A stretch of 64,000 bases of DNA from positions 1,781 to 65,780 of the forward strand of contig CAMEWO010000010.1 in NCBI GenBank assembly GCA_945946665.1. Direction: 5' to 3'. The DNA comes from an uncultured Eubacterium sp. GTDB taxonomy: Bacteria; Bacillota; Clostridia; Lachnospirales; Lachnospiraceae. Position 1 is the first letter of the stretch. Each line of letters opens with the position of its first letter. The notes under the pieces are model-generated. The model had not been told where the DNA came from and made no database searches. It saw nothing but the letters and a program-made list of their open reading frames with translations. Shown piece by piece: positions 50,769-60,111 of the stretch. A program made the position numbers and the translations under genes.

Positions 50769-51449
50769 ATGGAAATTAAACCTATTGCAGTAATACATAC
50801 AGATTTTCCAGAAAAGTTTGGAATACCAAGACAGAGTGGACTGGTACCATCATTAATGGGAAGGGTGGAATTCTATCCTGAATACAGGACTAAAGATGCA
50901 GTCAGAGGCATTGAAGGTTATTCTCACTTATGGATTCTGTGGCAGTTTTCCAAATCACTTCGTGAAAACTGGAGCGCAACAGTAGCTCCGCCAAGACTGG
51001 GTGGAAGACAAAAAATGGGCGTGTTTGCCACAAGGTCTCCTTTCAGACCTAACCACATAGGATTGTCCTGTGTGAAACTGGAAAGTGTACAGTATGATGA
51101 AATTAATGGTCCTGTGCTGTATGTTTCAGGAATTGACATGCTTGATGGTACTCCTGTATATGATATTAAACCATATATTCCATATGCTGATTCAAGACCA
51201 GATGCGACGGGAGGATTTTCAGATGATGTAAAGGAAAACAATCTTTCGGTGTGTATTCCTGATGAACTTAAAATGAAAATTCGGGAACAGGATTATGAAA
51301 CCATCAAAACACTTCTGTCCCAAGACCCCAGAACAGCATATATCCACGATAAAAGCCGGGTGTGGGGCATGTCATATAAGGACTACAACATAAAATTTAT
51401 AGTTGATGGCGACCTGCTTAAAGTACTGGAAATCACACAGATACCATAA
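50769..51449 (+). CDS. trmO: tRNA m6t6A37 methyltransferase TrmO (TsaA)
   Basis: KFGIPRQ, GVFATRSPFRPN, DMLDGTPVYDIKPY. Confidence 0.9.
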   Translation: MEIKPIAVIHTDFPEKFGIPRQSGLVPSLMGRVEFYPEYRTKDAVRGIEGYSHLWILWQFSKSLRENWSATVAPPRLGGRQKMGVFATRSPFRPNHIGLSCVKLESVQYDEINGPVLYVSGIDMLDGTPVYDIKPYIPYADSRPDATGGFSDDVKENNLSVCIPDELKMKIREQDYETIKTLLSQDPRTAYIHDKSRVWGMSYKDYNIKFIVDGDLLKVLEITQIP

Positions 51450-51487
51450 TAGAAATGTGATGTTAATCTTCTTCTATGGGATTAAGC

Positions 51488-52159
51488 TTAGTCCTTTGGC
51501 GTAAACATTTTATTATCGATAGGGATGAAAATATGCTGGAAAATTACAGAATATGCCTCATTTCCACGACCATTTTTAAGAGCATCATAGTAGGCTTCAT
51601 GGTCTGATAAAGTCTGTTCAATTCCATATGGCGTTGACAGAATTGTGTGTGCAGTAACGCTTATCATATACATAAGCCTCTGATAAAGACGTTTGATTTC
51701 GTTGTTTTCAGAGTAATATACTATCAGATTGTGGAACATATTATCATATGTGATGTATTTCTTGAGGACTGTGTGGTCAGAATTATATTTAACAGCACAG
51801 TCTTTCATGTGGGATAGAGCATCTTCAAGGCTGCTAAGAAAATCGTTAAATTTAGGCGTACCTGTCTGGGATGTAATTATAGTGGTGCAGAAGCACTCAA
51901 TAGCACATCTTATCTGGATATTTTCATACATATCCTTCTCTGAAAGCTGTGTAATCTGGAAACCCTTGCTGGGAATAATTGTGATATATCCATCCTGGCT
52001 CAGGCACTGGAGAGCTTCTCTCATTGGGGTTCTTGAAATGCCTACTTCGGAAGAAAACTTTGTCTCAGAGTATAAATCATCTGGGTTAAGTTCACCAGAC
52101 AGAATCTTTTCTTTAATGAAGTCATATGCCTGCTGCTGTAATGCACTTTTGGTTCTCAT
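51488..52159 (-). CDS. GntR family regulator (FCD)
   Basis: GISRTPMREALQCL HTH. Confidence 0.88.
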   Translation of the reverse strand: MRTKSALQQQAYDFIKEKILSGELNPDDLYSETKFSSEVGISRTPMREALQCLSQDGYITIIPSKGFQITQLSEKDMYENIQIRCAIECFCTTIITSQTGTPKFNDFLSSLEDALSHMKDCAVKYNSDHTVLKKYITYDNMFHNLIVYYSENNEIKRLYQRLMYMISVTAHTILSTPYGIEQTLSDHEAYYDALKNGRGNEAYSVIFQHIFIPIDNKMFTPKD

Positions 52160-52406
52160 AGGTAATTATACACCTTTCTAAAACGAATATAACTAACGTA
52201 TACAAATTGTAGGTTATAAACATAATCCGAAATTACGATATCATGGATTAAAATTATTACAATATATCATAAGTGTCAAGTTTTAATTGAAACTTTTTAT
52301 GTGTTGAACTATTTGTTCTTTGTGTTTGGAGTGCTTTGTGGTATACTGATTACATGAAAGATGAGTGGTCATAGAATTTAACACAATGACAAGTGAGGTA
52401 AGTAAT

Positions 52407-52598
52407 ATGTCTGATAATGGTGGACAGGCTAGCTGCGAGTACTGCAATAATCTGGTGTATGATGAGGAGATGGAGGAGTACGTGTGTGATGTGGATATGG
52501 ACGAAGACGATTATGCCAGACTTCTTGGTTCTTCATACAGAAATTGTCCGTATTACCAGAGTAATGATGAATATAAGGTGGTAAGACATCAGATGTAG
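52407..52598 (+). CDS. Small Cys-rich acidic protein (DUF6472-like)
   Basis: CEYC..C..MDEDD..CPYY..DEYKVVRHQM. Confidence 0.7.
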   Translation: MSDNGGQASCEYCNNLVYDEEMEEYVCDVDMDEDDYARLLGSSYRNCPYYQSNDEYKVVRHQM

Positions 52599-52617
52599 CA
52601 GGGAAAAGGAGGGATAT

Positions 52618-53691
52618 ATGGATAAAAAATCTATATTAATGATAGACGACGTTAAGCTTAATCTGGCAACTGCCAGAGATGTTCTGCAGAATGAGTATAT
52701 TCTGTATGAAGCATCATCTGCCCAGGAGGGATTTGATATTCTTAATAAGCACATTCCTGATTTGATTCTTATGGATCTTGTAATGCCAGAGATGGATGGC
52801 TATGAGATGATAGAGATATTAAAAAGTACAAGGCGTTTTATGGGAATTCCGGTTATTATTCTTACTGCCCATACTGATTCAGAAAATGAGGTAAAAGCAC
52901 TGGAACTTGGAGCAGCAGATTTCATTACCAAGCCTTTCGTTCCAGCAGTTATGAAGAGAAGAATAGAAACCCAGATAGAACTCTCGTCTTACCAGCATTC
53001 CCTGGAAAAACTGGTTCAGGAGAAGGTAGAAGAGGTTGAGAAGCTTCAGGATGCATTATCAGTTGGATTTGCAGAACTTGTGGAGTCAAGGGATGGAATA
53101 ACTGGTGGACATGTAAAGAATACGGGACTGTATTTTGATGTGTTTATCAGGGCTCTTAAGGGAGAAGCTAAATACAGGGATGAGATTACAGATGAGTATA
53201 TAAAGAATGCAGTGCGTTCAGCACCACTTCATGATATTGGCAAGGTGGGAATAGATGATGTAACACTTAGCAAGCTGGGAAGGCTGGGAGATGACAGGGA
53301 TCAATATATTGAGAAGCATTGTACCCTGGGTGGACAGACATTCCACAGACTCCGGAAGGTGTTCCCTGAAAGTGAATTCCTAAAGATTGCCGAGAATATG
53401 ACCCTTTATCATCATGAAAGATGGGATGGAACCGGAGGACCATTTGGTCTGAAGGGTGAAGAAATTCCACTGTGTGCAAGGGTTATGACTATTGTTGATA
53501 CTTATGATGTACTTACTTCAGAAAGACCTTACAAGCCTCCATACAGCCATGAAAAGTCAATGGCAATAATTGTGGAGGGGAAGGGTACTATGTATGATCC
53601 TGATCTTGTGGACGAATTTGTTAAGCACAGCGAACTTATAAGAGACTGTCTCAAGAAAAAGGAAGAACTTCTTAAGCAGAAAAGCAGATAA
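52618..53691 (+). CDS. REC plus HD-GYP-like phosphodiesterase (RpfG-like)
   Basis: LMDLVMP, HDIGK, HHERWDGTGGP, RPYK. Confidence 0.88.
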   Translation: MDKKSILMIDDVKLNLATARDVLQNEYILYEASSAQEGFDILNKHIPDLILMDLVMPEMDGYEMIEILKSTRRFMGIPVIILTAHTDSENEVKALELGAADFITKPFVPAVMKRRIETQIELSSYQHSLEKLVQEKVEEVEKLQDALSVGFAELVESRDGITGGHVKNTGLYFDVFIRALKGEAKYRDEITDEYIKNAVRSAPLHDIGKVGIDDVTLSKLGRLGDDRDQYIEKHCTLGGQTFHRLRKVFPESEFLKIAENMTLYHHERWDGTGGPFGLKGEEIPLCARVMTIVDTYDVLTSERPYKPPYSHEKSMAIIVEGKGTMYDPDLVDEFVKHSELIRDCLKKKEELLKQKSR

Positions 53692-53755
53692 TATTTTGCT
53701 GACAGTCATCAGATATAATGAATAATAATTAATCAATAATGAGGAGCATTTTATA

Positions 53756-54235
53756 ATGGATAAAATAGCAAGTTTTACAGTGAACCATCTTTTACTTTTA
53801 CCTGGAGTATATGTTTCCAGGAAGGATAAGATTGGACAGGAGGTCATTACTACATTTGATTTAAGATTTACAAGACCTAACCTGGAAGCCCCTATGGACA
53901 ACCCTGGAATTCACAGTATAGAACATCTTGTTGCCACATTTTTAAGAAATCATCCTGTATGGAAGGATAAGACAATATATTTTGGACCAATGGGCTGCAG
54001 AACCGGGTTCTATGTAATATTTGCCGGAGACCTTAAGTCAGAGGATATTATTGATGTATTACGGGAAGCTGCGGACTTTGTACTTGGTTACGAAGGGGAG
54101 ATACCGGGATATTCACCAAGGGACTGCGGAAATTATCTTGATAATAACCTGACACTGGCTAAGATTTACATGAAAAAGTTTAAGGAAGAGGTATTGGATA
54201 ATCCTGTTCCTGAAAGGCTTAATTACCCAGAGTAA
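53756..54235 (+). CDS. luxS: S-ribosylhomocysteine lyase
   Basis: SFTVNH, HSIEH, GPMGCRTGFY, CGNY. Confidence 0.95.
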   Translation: MDKIASFTVNHLLLLPGVYVSRKDKIGQEVITTFDLRFTRPNLEAPMDNPGIHSIEHLVATFLRNHPVWKDKTIYFGPMGCRTGFYVIFAGDLKSEDIIDVLREAADFVLGYEGEIPGYSPRDCGNYLDNNLTLAKIYMKKFKEEVLDNPVPERLNYPE

Positions 54236-54380
54236 ATATTGGGCGTAAGTGAATATGCATTATTTATCAGGGTTAATCCTCCTTGCATAAGTAATACAGT
54301 TGTGATATGATTTACGGGATATTTGAGGTATTATGACGTTTTGTCATTTGAGAATTATAATATATGAAGGAGAATGAATC

Positions 54381-56147
54381 ATGGTAGATTTTAAGGCGGA
54401 TGAGAACCTTAGCGTTCTCAACCATTCCTGTGCACATCTTATGGCTCAGGCTGTAAAACATCTTTATCCTAATGCAAAGTTCTGGGTAGGACCTGTTGTA
54501 TCCGAAGGGTTTTATTATGATATTGACCTGGGAGATGAGGTAATTAACCAGGATGATATTGCAGCCATCGAGAAAGAGATGAAAAAGGTTGCCAAGGAAG
54601 GCAAGAAGATTATAAGAAGAGAGGTTTCCAAGGCTGAGGCATTGGAGATGTTCAAGGGTGATGAATATAAGCTGGATCTTATATCTAACCTTGAGGATGG
54701 CAATATTACTGTATATGACCAGGGGGACTTCACAGACCTCTGTCGTGGACCTCACGTAGATAATGTTAAGCTTTGCAGACATTTTAAGTTAATTAAGCAT
54801 TCTGGTGTATACTGGAAGGGCGATGCCAATAACCGTGTACTTCAGAGAATTTATGGAGTATGTTTCCCAACAGCAGAGGAGTTGGAGGATCACCTTAAGC
54901 TTCTTGAGGAGGCGAAGGAACGTGACCATAGAAAGATTGGCAAAGATATGCAGCTTTTCATGGTTGATGATCTTATTGGACGAGGACTTCCAATGTTTCT
55001 GCCAAAGGGATATACAATATGGCAGGAGCTGGAGAACTACATTAAGGAGAAGGAGAGAAAGCTTGGCTATCTCCATGTTATGACTCCTTGTGTTGGTACA
55101 GTTAACCTTTATAAGACTTCAGGCCATTGGGATCATTATAAGGAGAATATGTTCCCAGCCATGGAGGTTGAGGGTGAATCATTTGTATTAAGACCAATGA
55201 ACTGCCCACACCACATGATGATATATGCTAACAGAATGCATTCATATAAGGATCTTCCTATAAGAATAGGTGAGATTGCCCATGACTTCAGATTTGAAGC
55301 AAGTGGTACTCTTAAGGGAATTGAGAGAGGACGTCATTTCTGTCAGAATGATGCCCATCTGTTCGTAACTCCTGAGCAGATTGAGGATGAGTTCTCTAAG
55401 GTTGTAGACCTTATATTCCAGACATATAAAGATTTTAATATTACAGATTACCGCTGTGTTCTTTCTCTTAGAGATCCGGCAGATACAACCAAGTATCATC
55501 AGGACGATGAGATGTGGAACAAAGCTGAAGATGCCTTAAGAAAGGTTCTTAATGACCTTGGAATCGAGTATACAGAGGAAATTGGCGAGGCTGCATTCTA
55601 CGGACCTAAGCTTGATGTTAATGTTAAACCTGCTGTTGGTAATGAGTATACACTTTCGACATGCCAGCTTGATTTCTGTCTGCCAGCAAAGTTTAATCTT
55701 ACTTACATTGACAAGGATGGAGAGAAGAAGACACCTGTAGTTCTTCACAGGGCAATTCTTGGTTCTCTTGACAGATTTATGGCGTATATCTTAGAGGAGA
55801 CTAAGGGTAACCTGCCATTATGGCTTGCACCTGTACAGGCAAGGGTTCTTCCTGTTAAGAATGATGATGTGGAATTGTCTGCATATGCTAAGGAAGTATA
55901 TGATATCCTTAATGACAATAACATAAGGGTTGAACTTGACGACCGTTCTGAGAAGCTGGGATACCGTATGCGTGAAGGACAGATTCAGAAAGTTCCATAT
56001 CTTCTGGTTCTTGGTAATAATGAGAAGAATGACAGAACAGTTTCTTTCAGACTGCATGGACAGCAGGAGACTACAACGGTTGGACTTGATGAGTTTGTTG
56101 GAAAGCTTAAGAGGGAAATTGAAACAAAAGGTCATGACGAAAACTAA
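54381..56147 (+). CDS. thrS: Threonine--tRNA ligase, short form without TGS domain
   Basis: HSCAH, DLCRGPH, RDHRKIG, RPMNCP, FYGPK, HRAILGS. Confidence 0.97.
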   Translation: MVDFKADENLSVLNHSCAHLMAQAVKHLYPNAKFWVGPVVSEGFYYDIDLGDEVINQDDIAAIEKEMKKVAKEGKKIIRREVSKAEALEMFKGDEYKLDLISNLEDGNITVYDQGDFTDLCRGPHVDNVKLCRHFKLIKHSGVYWKGDANNRVLQRIYGVCFPTAEELEDHLKLLEEAKERDHRKIGKDMQLFMVDDLIGRGLPMFLPKGYTIWQELENYIKEKERKLGYLHVMTPCVGTVNLYKTSGHWDHYKENMFPAMEVEGESFVLRPMNCPHHMMIYANRMHSYKDLPIRIGEIAHDFRFEASGTLKGIERGRHFCQNDAHLFVTPEQIEDEFSKVVDLIFQTYKDFNITDYRCVLSLRDPADTTKYHQDDEMWNKAEDALRKVLNDLGIEYTEEIGEAAFYGPKLDVNVKPAVGNEYTLSTCQLDFCLPAKFNLTYIDKDGEKKTPVVLHRAILGSLDRFMAYILEETKGNLPLWLAPVQARVLPVKNDDVELSAYAKEVYDILNDNNIRVELDDRSEKLGYRMREGQIQKVPYLLVLGNNEKNDRTVSFRLHGQQETTTVGLDEFVGKLKREIETKGHDEN

Positions 56148-56724
56148 ATTATAAAGCAAGTGCAGTGGTTGTTGGTGGAAAACTGACAACCACTGATTTT
56201 TTTGACTAAAGGACGCATGGTACCTGCATACTTAAATTGAAAAAGTCACTACGAAGAGAATCTAAGTGTTGCGACATATATGAATTACACTCGCTTATTT
56301 CAGCAACTGTTTTCACTATGGCGATTTGGGCCACACACTTGAATAAAAAAAGTCACTACGAAGAGAATCTAAGTGTTGCGACATATATGAATTACACTCG
56401 CTTATTTCAACAACTGCCCGACAACTCGCCCCTGTTCGGGGCTCAGACATTCGTGCAGTTGTTGGCGAAGTGTAATCCATACACGCCGCAACACTAAGAT
56501 TTCTTCTAATGTGACTTTTTTTATTCAAGTGTGTGGCCCAAATCACCATAGTGAAGGCAGTTGTTGGCGAAGTGTAATCCATACACGCCGCAGCGCTAAG
56601 ATTTCTTCTAATGTGACTTTTTCAATTTAAGTGTGCAGGTACTATGCTGTTTATTCTGGAAAAATTAGTGGTTGTCAGTTTTTCTCAGTAGCCCTTATTT
56701 GGTTTATAATTTAGTTTTCTTCAT
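56134..56724. repeat. Giant nested palindromic element E (A-spacer-A-loop-B'-spacer'-B'), arms extending into the thrS 3' end
   Basis: A units 56240-56301 and 56347-56408; B' units 56463-56520 and 56565-56622; outer IRs 56215-56249/56613-56647, 56177-56201/56660-56684, 56134-56155/56703-56724. Confidence 0.95.
56163..56203 (+). terminator. thrS intrinsic terminator
   Basis: cagtggttgttggt-ggaaa-actgacaaccactg followed by a and T7. Confidence 0.75.
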
Positions 56725-56736
56725 TGGAAGGCAAAT

Positions 56737-56769
56737 AAAAAGCTGGCAGAGGGGGACTCTGCCAGCTTT
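56737..56769 (-). terminator. glnA terminator
   Basis: aaaaagctggcagag-gggga-ctctgccagcttt. Confidence 0.8.
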
Positions 56770-56814
56770 ATTAAAATGGAAGACAAATTCATATATATGA
56801 ATTTGGGTTTGTAA

Positions 56815-58926
56815 TTAAACCTCGAATAAGAGATCACCGTATGATGGGAATGGCCAGAATTCTTTGTCCACAATCATCTCAAGCTTATCAGCAGGAGCTC
56901 TTAAGGCATCCATAGTTGTCTTTACTGAATCTCTGTAAGCCTTAGCCTGTGCAGCTGCATCTGTAATCTGTGCGGCTTCGTCTGTAACTTTGATAAGAGT
57001 GGTTAATTGTGTCTTCATTTCCTTTAAGTAAGAAGATACTTCTGCAAGTAAATCGCTCTGGACAGAAGCATCAGCACCAGCCTCTTTAACAGCTGAAACT
57101 GAACCTGCAAGCTCTGTTGTGTAAGAGATTACAGCAGGGATAATCTGCTTGCTGGCTATATCAATCATAGACTTAGCCTCGATGTTGATAGCCTTTGAAT
57201 ATGCCTCGTACTGAATCTCAACTCTTGACTCAAGCTCTGCCTTAGTAAATACACCGAAGTCTTCAAATAACTTAACTGCCTTGTCTGTAACAAGAGCTGG
57301 GATTGCGTCAACCATTGATGTGATGTTAGGAAGACCACGTTTAGCAGCTTCTTCAACCCACTCATCTGAATAACCGTTACCATTGAAGATAATTCTCTTA
57401 TGCTCTGTGAAGAGCTTCTTGATTAAATCGTGTACAGCCATATCGAAGTTGTCAGCCTTCTCAAGTTCATCAGCGATTTCCTTGAAGCTTTCTGCAACAA
57501 TTGTATTAAGAACAACATTTGCTGGAGCAACTGAATCTGAAGAACCAAGCATACGGAACTCAAACTTGTTTCCTGTGAAAGCAAATGGAGATGTTCTGTT
57601 TCTATCTGTAGCATCCTTATTAAGATCAGGAAGAGTAGAAGCACCAGTCTTTAATTTACCTTTCTGGATTGAGCTTGTTGCATCACCCTTGTCAATAAGC
57701 TGTTCAATAACGTCCTCAAGCTGCTCACCAACGAACATTGATACGATTGCTGGAGGTGCCTCGTTAGCACCTAATCTGTGGTCGTTACCAACATTAGATG
57801 CAGACTCACGAAGAAGGTCAGCATGCTTATCAACAGCTTTCATGATTGCACCAAGTACAAGTAAGAACTGGATGTTCTCATGAGGTGTCTTACCTGGATC
57901 AAGAAGGTTGATACCATCATCTGTTATAATTGACCAGTTGTTGTGCTTACCAGAACCGTTAACTCCTGCAAATGGCTTCTCATGGAGAAGGCATACAAGA
58001 CCATGGCGATAAGCAGTCTTTTTTAATACTTCCATCATAAGCTGGTTGTTATCTGTAGCTGTGTTGCACTGTGCATAGATTGGAGCAAGCTCATGCTGTG
58101 CAGGAGCAACCTCGTTATGCTGTGTCTTGGCAGATACACCCATTTTCCATAATTCTTCGTTAACATCCTTCATGAATGCAGAAATTCTTTCTGGAATTGC
58201 ACCGAAGTAGTGGTCATCAAGTTCCTGACCCTTAGGAGGCATAGCACCGAAAAGTGTACGTCCTGTAAAGATAAGGTCTTTTCTCTGTAAATATTTTTCT
58301 CTGTCTACAATGAAGTACTCCTGCTCAGCACCAACTGATGGAGTAACCTTCTTTGAAGTTGTGTTACCAAAGAGTTTTAAGATTCTTAATGCCTGTGTGT
58401 TAATTGCGTCCATTGAACGAAGAAGAGGAGTCTTCTGGTCAAGAGCTTCGCCTGTATATGAGCAGAAAGCAGTTGGAATGCAGAGAGTAGCACCGGCAGC
58501 ATCCTCACGAACGAAAGCTGGAGATGTGCAATCCCATGCTGTATATCCTCTTGCCTCAAATGTTGCTCTTAATCCACCTGATGGGAATGATGAAGCATCT
58601 GGCTCGCCCTTGATAAGCTCTTTTCCGGAGAACTCCATAAGAACCTTTCCGTTTTCCTTAGGAGCAGAGATAAATGAATCATGCTTCTCAGCAGTTGTTC
58701 CTGTAAGTGGCTGGAACCAGTGTGTATAGTGTGTAGCACCCTTCTCAATAGCCCAGTCCTTCATTGCGTTGGCAATTACGTCGGCATCAGCCAGTTCAAG
58801 TTCCTTCTCACCAGACATAACAGCCTTGAGATTCTTGTAAACGTTCTTTGGCAGACGTTCTTTCATTACTGTGTCATTAAACACGTTCTCGCCGAAAATG
58901 TCGGCAACATTGAATAATTCACCCAT
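56815..58926 (-). CDS. glnA: Glutamine synthetase type III
   Basis: [53 protein letters not shown]. Confidence 0.96.
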   Translation of the reverse strand: MGELFNVADIFGENVFNDTVMKERLPKNVYKNLKAVMSGEKELELADADVIANAMKDWAIEKGATHYTHWFQPLTGTTAEKHDSFISAPKENGKVLMEFSGKELIKGEPDASSFPSGGLRATFEARGYTAWDCTSPAFVREDAAGATLCIPTAFCSYTGEALDQKTPLLRSMDAINTQALRILKLFGNTTSKKVTPSVGAEQEYFIVDREKYLQRKDLIFTGRTLFGAMPPKGQELDDHYFGAIPERISAFMKDVNEELWKMGVSAKTQHNEVAPAQHELAPIYAQCNTATDNNQLMMEVLKKTAYRHGLVCLLHEKPFAGVNGSGKHNNWSIITDDGINLLDPGKTPHENIQFLLVLGAIMKAVDKHADLLRESASNVGNDHRLGANEAPPAIVSMFVGEQLEDVIEQLIDKGDATSSIQKGKLKTGASTLPDLNKDATDRNRTSPFAFTGNKFEFRMLGSSDSVAPANVVLNTIVAESFKEIADELEKADNFDMAVHDLIKKLFTEHKRIIFNGNGYSDEWVEEAAKRGLPNITSMVDAIPALVTDKAVKLFEDFGVFTKAELESRVEIQYEAYSKAINIEAKSMIDIASKQIIPAVISYTTELAGSVSAVKEAGADASVQSDLLAEVSSYLKEMKTQLTTLIKVTDEAAQITDAAAQAKAYRDSVKTTMDALRAPADKLEMIVDKEFWPFPSYGDLLFEV

Positions 58927-58977
58927 GTCTTTGTCTTCCTTCCTTTTGTGTGAAATAATTTTTAAACACTAAAAACT

Positions 58978-59056
58978 AAAAAAGGCATTCCTATTCACAC
59001 GAATGTATAAATGGGAACGCCGTTGTTCTAAGTGTTAAATTAGCGACATCACTGTC
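58978..59056 (-). promoter_or_regulatory. ANTAR-type dual-hairpin antitermination element overlapping a leader terminator
   Basis: Minus strand: gac-AGTGAT-gtc, 16-nt linker, gaac-AACGGC-gttc (hexaloops with A1/G4); the second hairpin overlaps terminator ggcgttcccatt..aataggaatgcc plus U6. Confidence 0.8.
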
Positions 59057-59176
59057 TTTAAATAAAATAACTCAAAAACAGATAATATGCAAGAGGTTTT
59101 TTAAAAAATATTTATTTTTTTAATTTACAGCCTGTCAAAGCTTAAAAAATATACTTAAGACAGGCCTGTAAGTTAA

Positions 59177-60073
59177 TTATTCACTGGTTGAATTTAAAAC
59201 ACCTTCACCTACATACATACCCTGGACGATAATTCTGCGGTCACCTGTTGCGGTACAAGTGGACAGTGTAACAATCTGTGTTGCATTAGATACGTCAACA
59301 CCTGTGTCATACATAGACAAATCCTTCATCTCTGCCGCATACTCCCGTAAAGATGCAACATTAGGGAAGTTAAATGTGTAGGTAGAACTGATAGGTTCAT
59401 CTATATGCACTGAAAATATCTTGTACTGAATAATTCTGTTGCCTGTGTAAAGGTAGAACACATCATTGCCCTCAGTATTATAGTAGTTCTGGTTCTGATA
59501 ATACTTAAGAGGAGCAAACATACCGTCATTTTTCATGTGGTGGCCATAGAGAATAACATTGGTGCTTGAAATTCCGTCTTTAATCCGATAGTCCTCGAAT
59601 ACGCATCCTGAGCTGTTATTGGTTCCGTCAAATGAATGGTTAAGGTAATAATCATTATCTGAACCCTGAACCAGAGGCAGCCTTGTGTTAGAAGCTGGGA
59701 GATAGAAATATCCTATGGCATCAGAATTGATGGAAAGCAGCTTCTCGTGGTCGTAGTCAAAGGCTTCAACCTGAATATCAACAGAATTATCCGGGTCTTC
59801 AGTGATGATTGAAGCGGTATGTCCTGAGTTGTTCAAAACTTCATTGGACACATTTGAATAAATCTTATCGCTTTCATAGTATTTGTAGAAAATCATAAAA
59901 ATCTGAGAACCAGCAAACACAAAAATGCAGGCAGCCACAATCATAATGGCTATTCTTATGTAAAGATTCTTTTTTTCCTCAGGCGTTCTTACAGAACGTT
60001 GGGCAGCTCCAACAGCCATGGAACCGCCAGAGGCAAGTCCCATTCTGTAGGATTTAGTATTAAGTGTTTTCAT
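59177..60073 (-). CDS. srtB: Class B sortase
   Basis: TM anchor, YYLNHSF, LYGHHMK, TLSTC, RIIVQG. Confidence 0.88.
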   Translation of the reverse strand: MKTLNTKSYRMGLASGGSMAVGAAQRSVRTPEEKKNLYIRIAIMIVAACIFVFAGSQIFMIFYKYYESDKIYSNVSNEVLNNSGHTASIITEDPDNSVDIQVEAFDYDHEKLLSINSDAIGYFYLPASNTRLPLVQGSDNDYYLNHSFDGTNNSSGCVFEDYRIKDGISSTNVILYGHHMKNDGMFAPLKYYQNQNYYNTEGNDVFYLYTGNRIIQYKIFSVHIDEPISSTYTFNFPNVASLREYAAEMKDLSMYDTGVDVSNATQIVTLSTCTATGDRRIIVQGMYVGEGVLNSTSE

Positions 60074-60111
60074 GAAAATAAATACTCCAAATTATTAAAA
60101 TAATACATATT

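Noticed and set aside
54236-54380. T-box riboswitch before thrS
   Set aside because: Region too short; no T-box consensus or terminator found.
59177-60073. Sortase B as part of a pilus or iron-uptake cluster
   Set aside because: No sortase substrate (NPxTG/LPxTG-type) genes adjacent; it appears to be a stand-alone gene.
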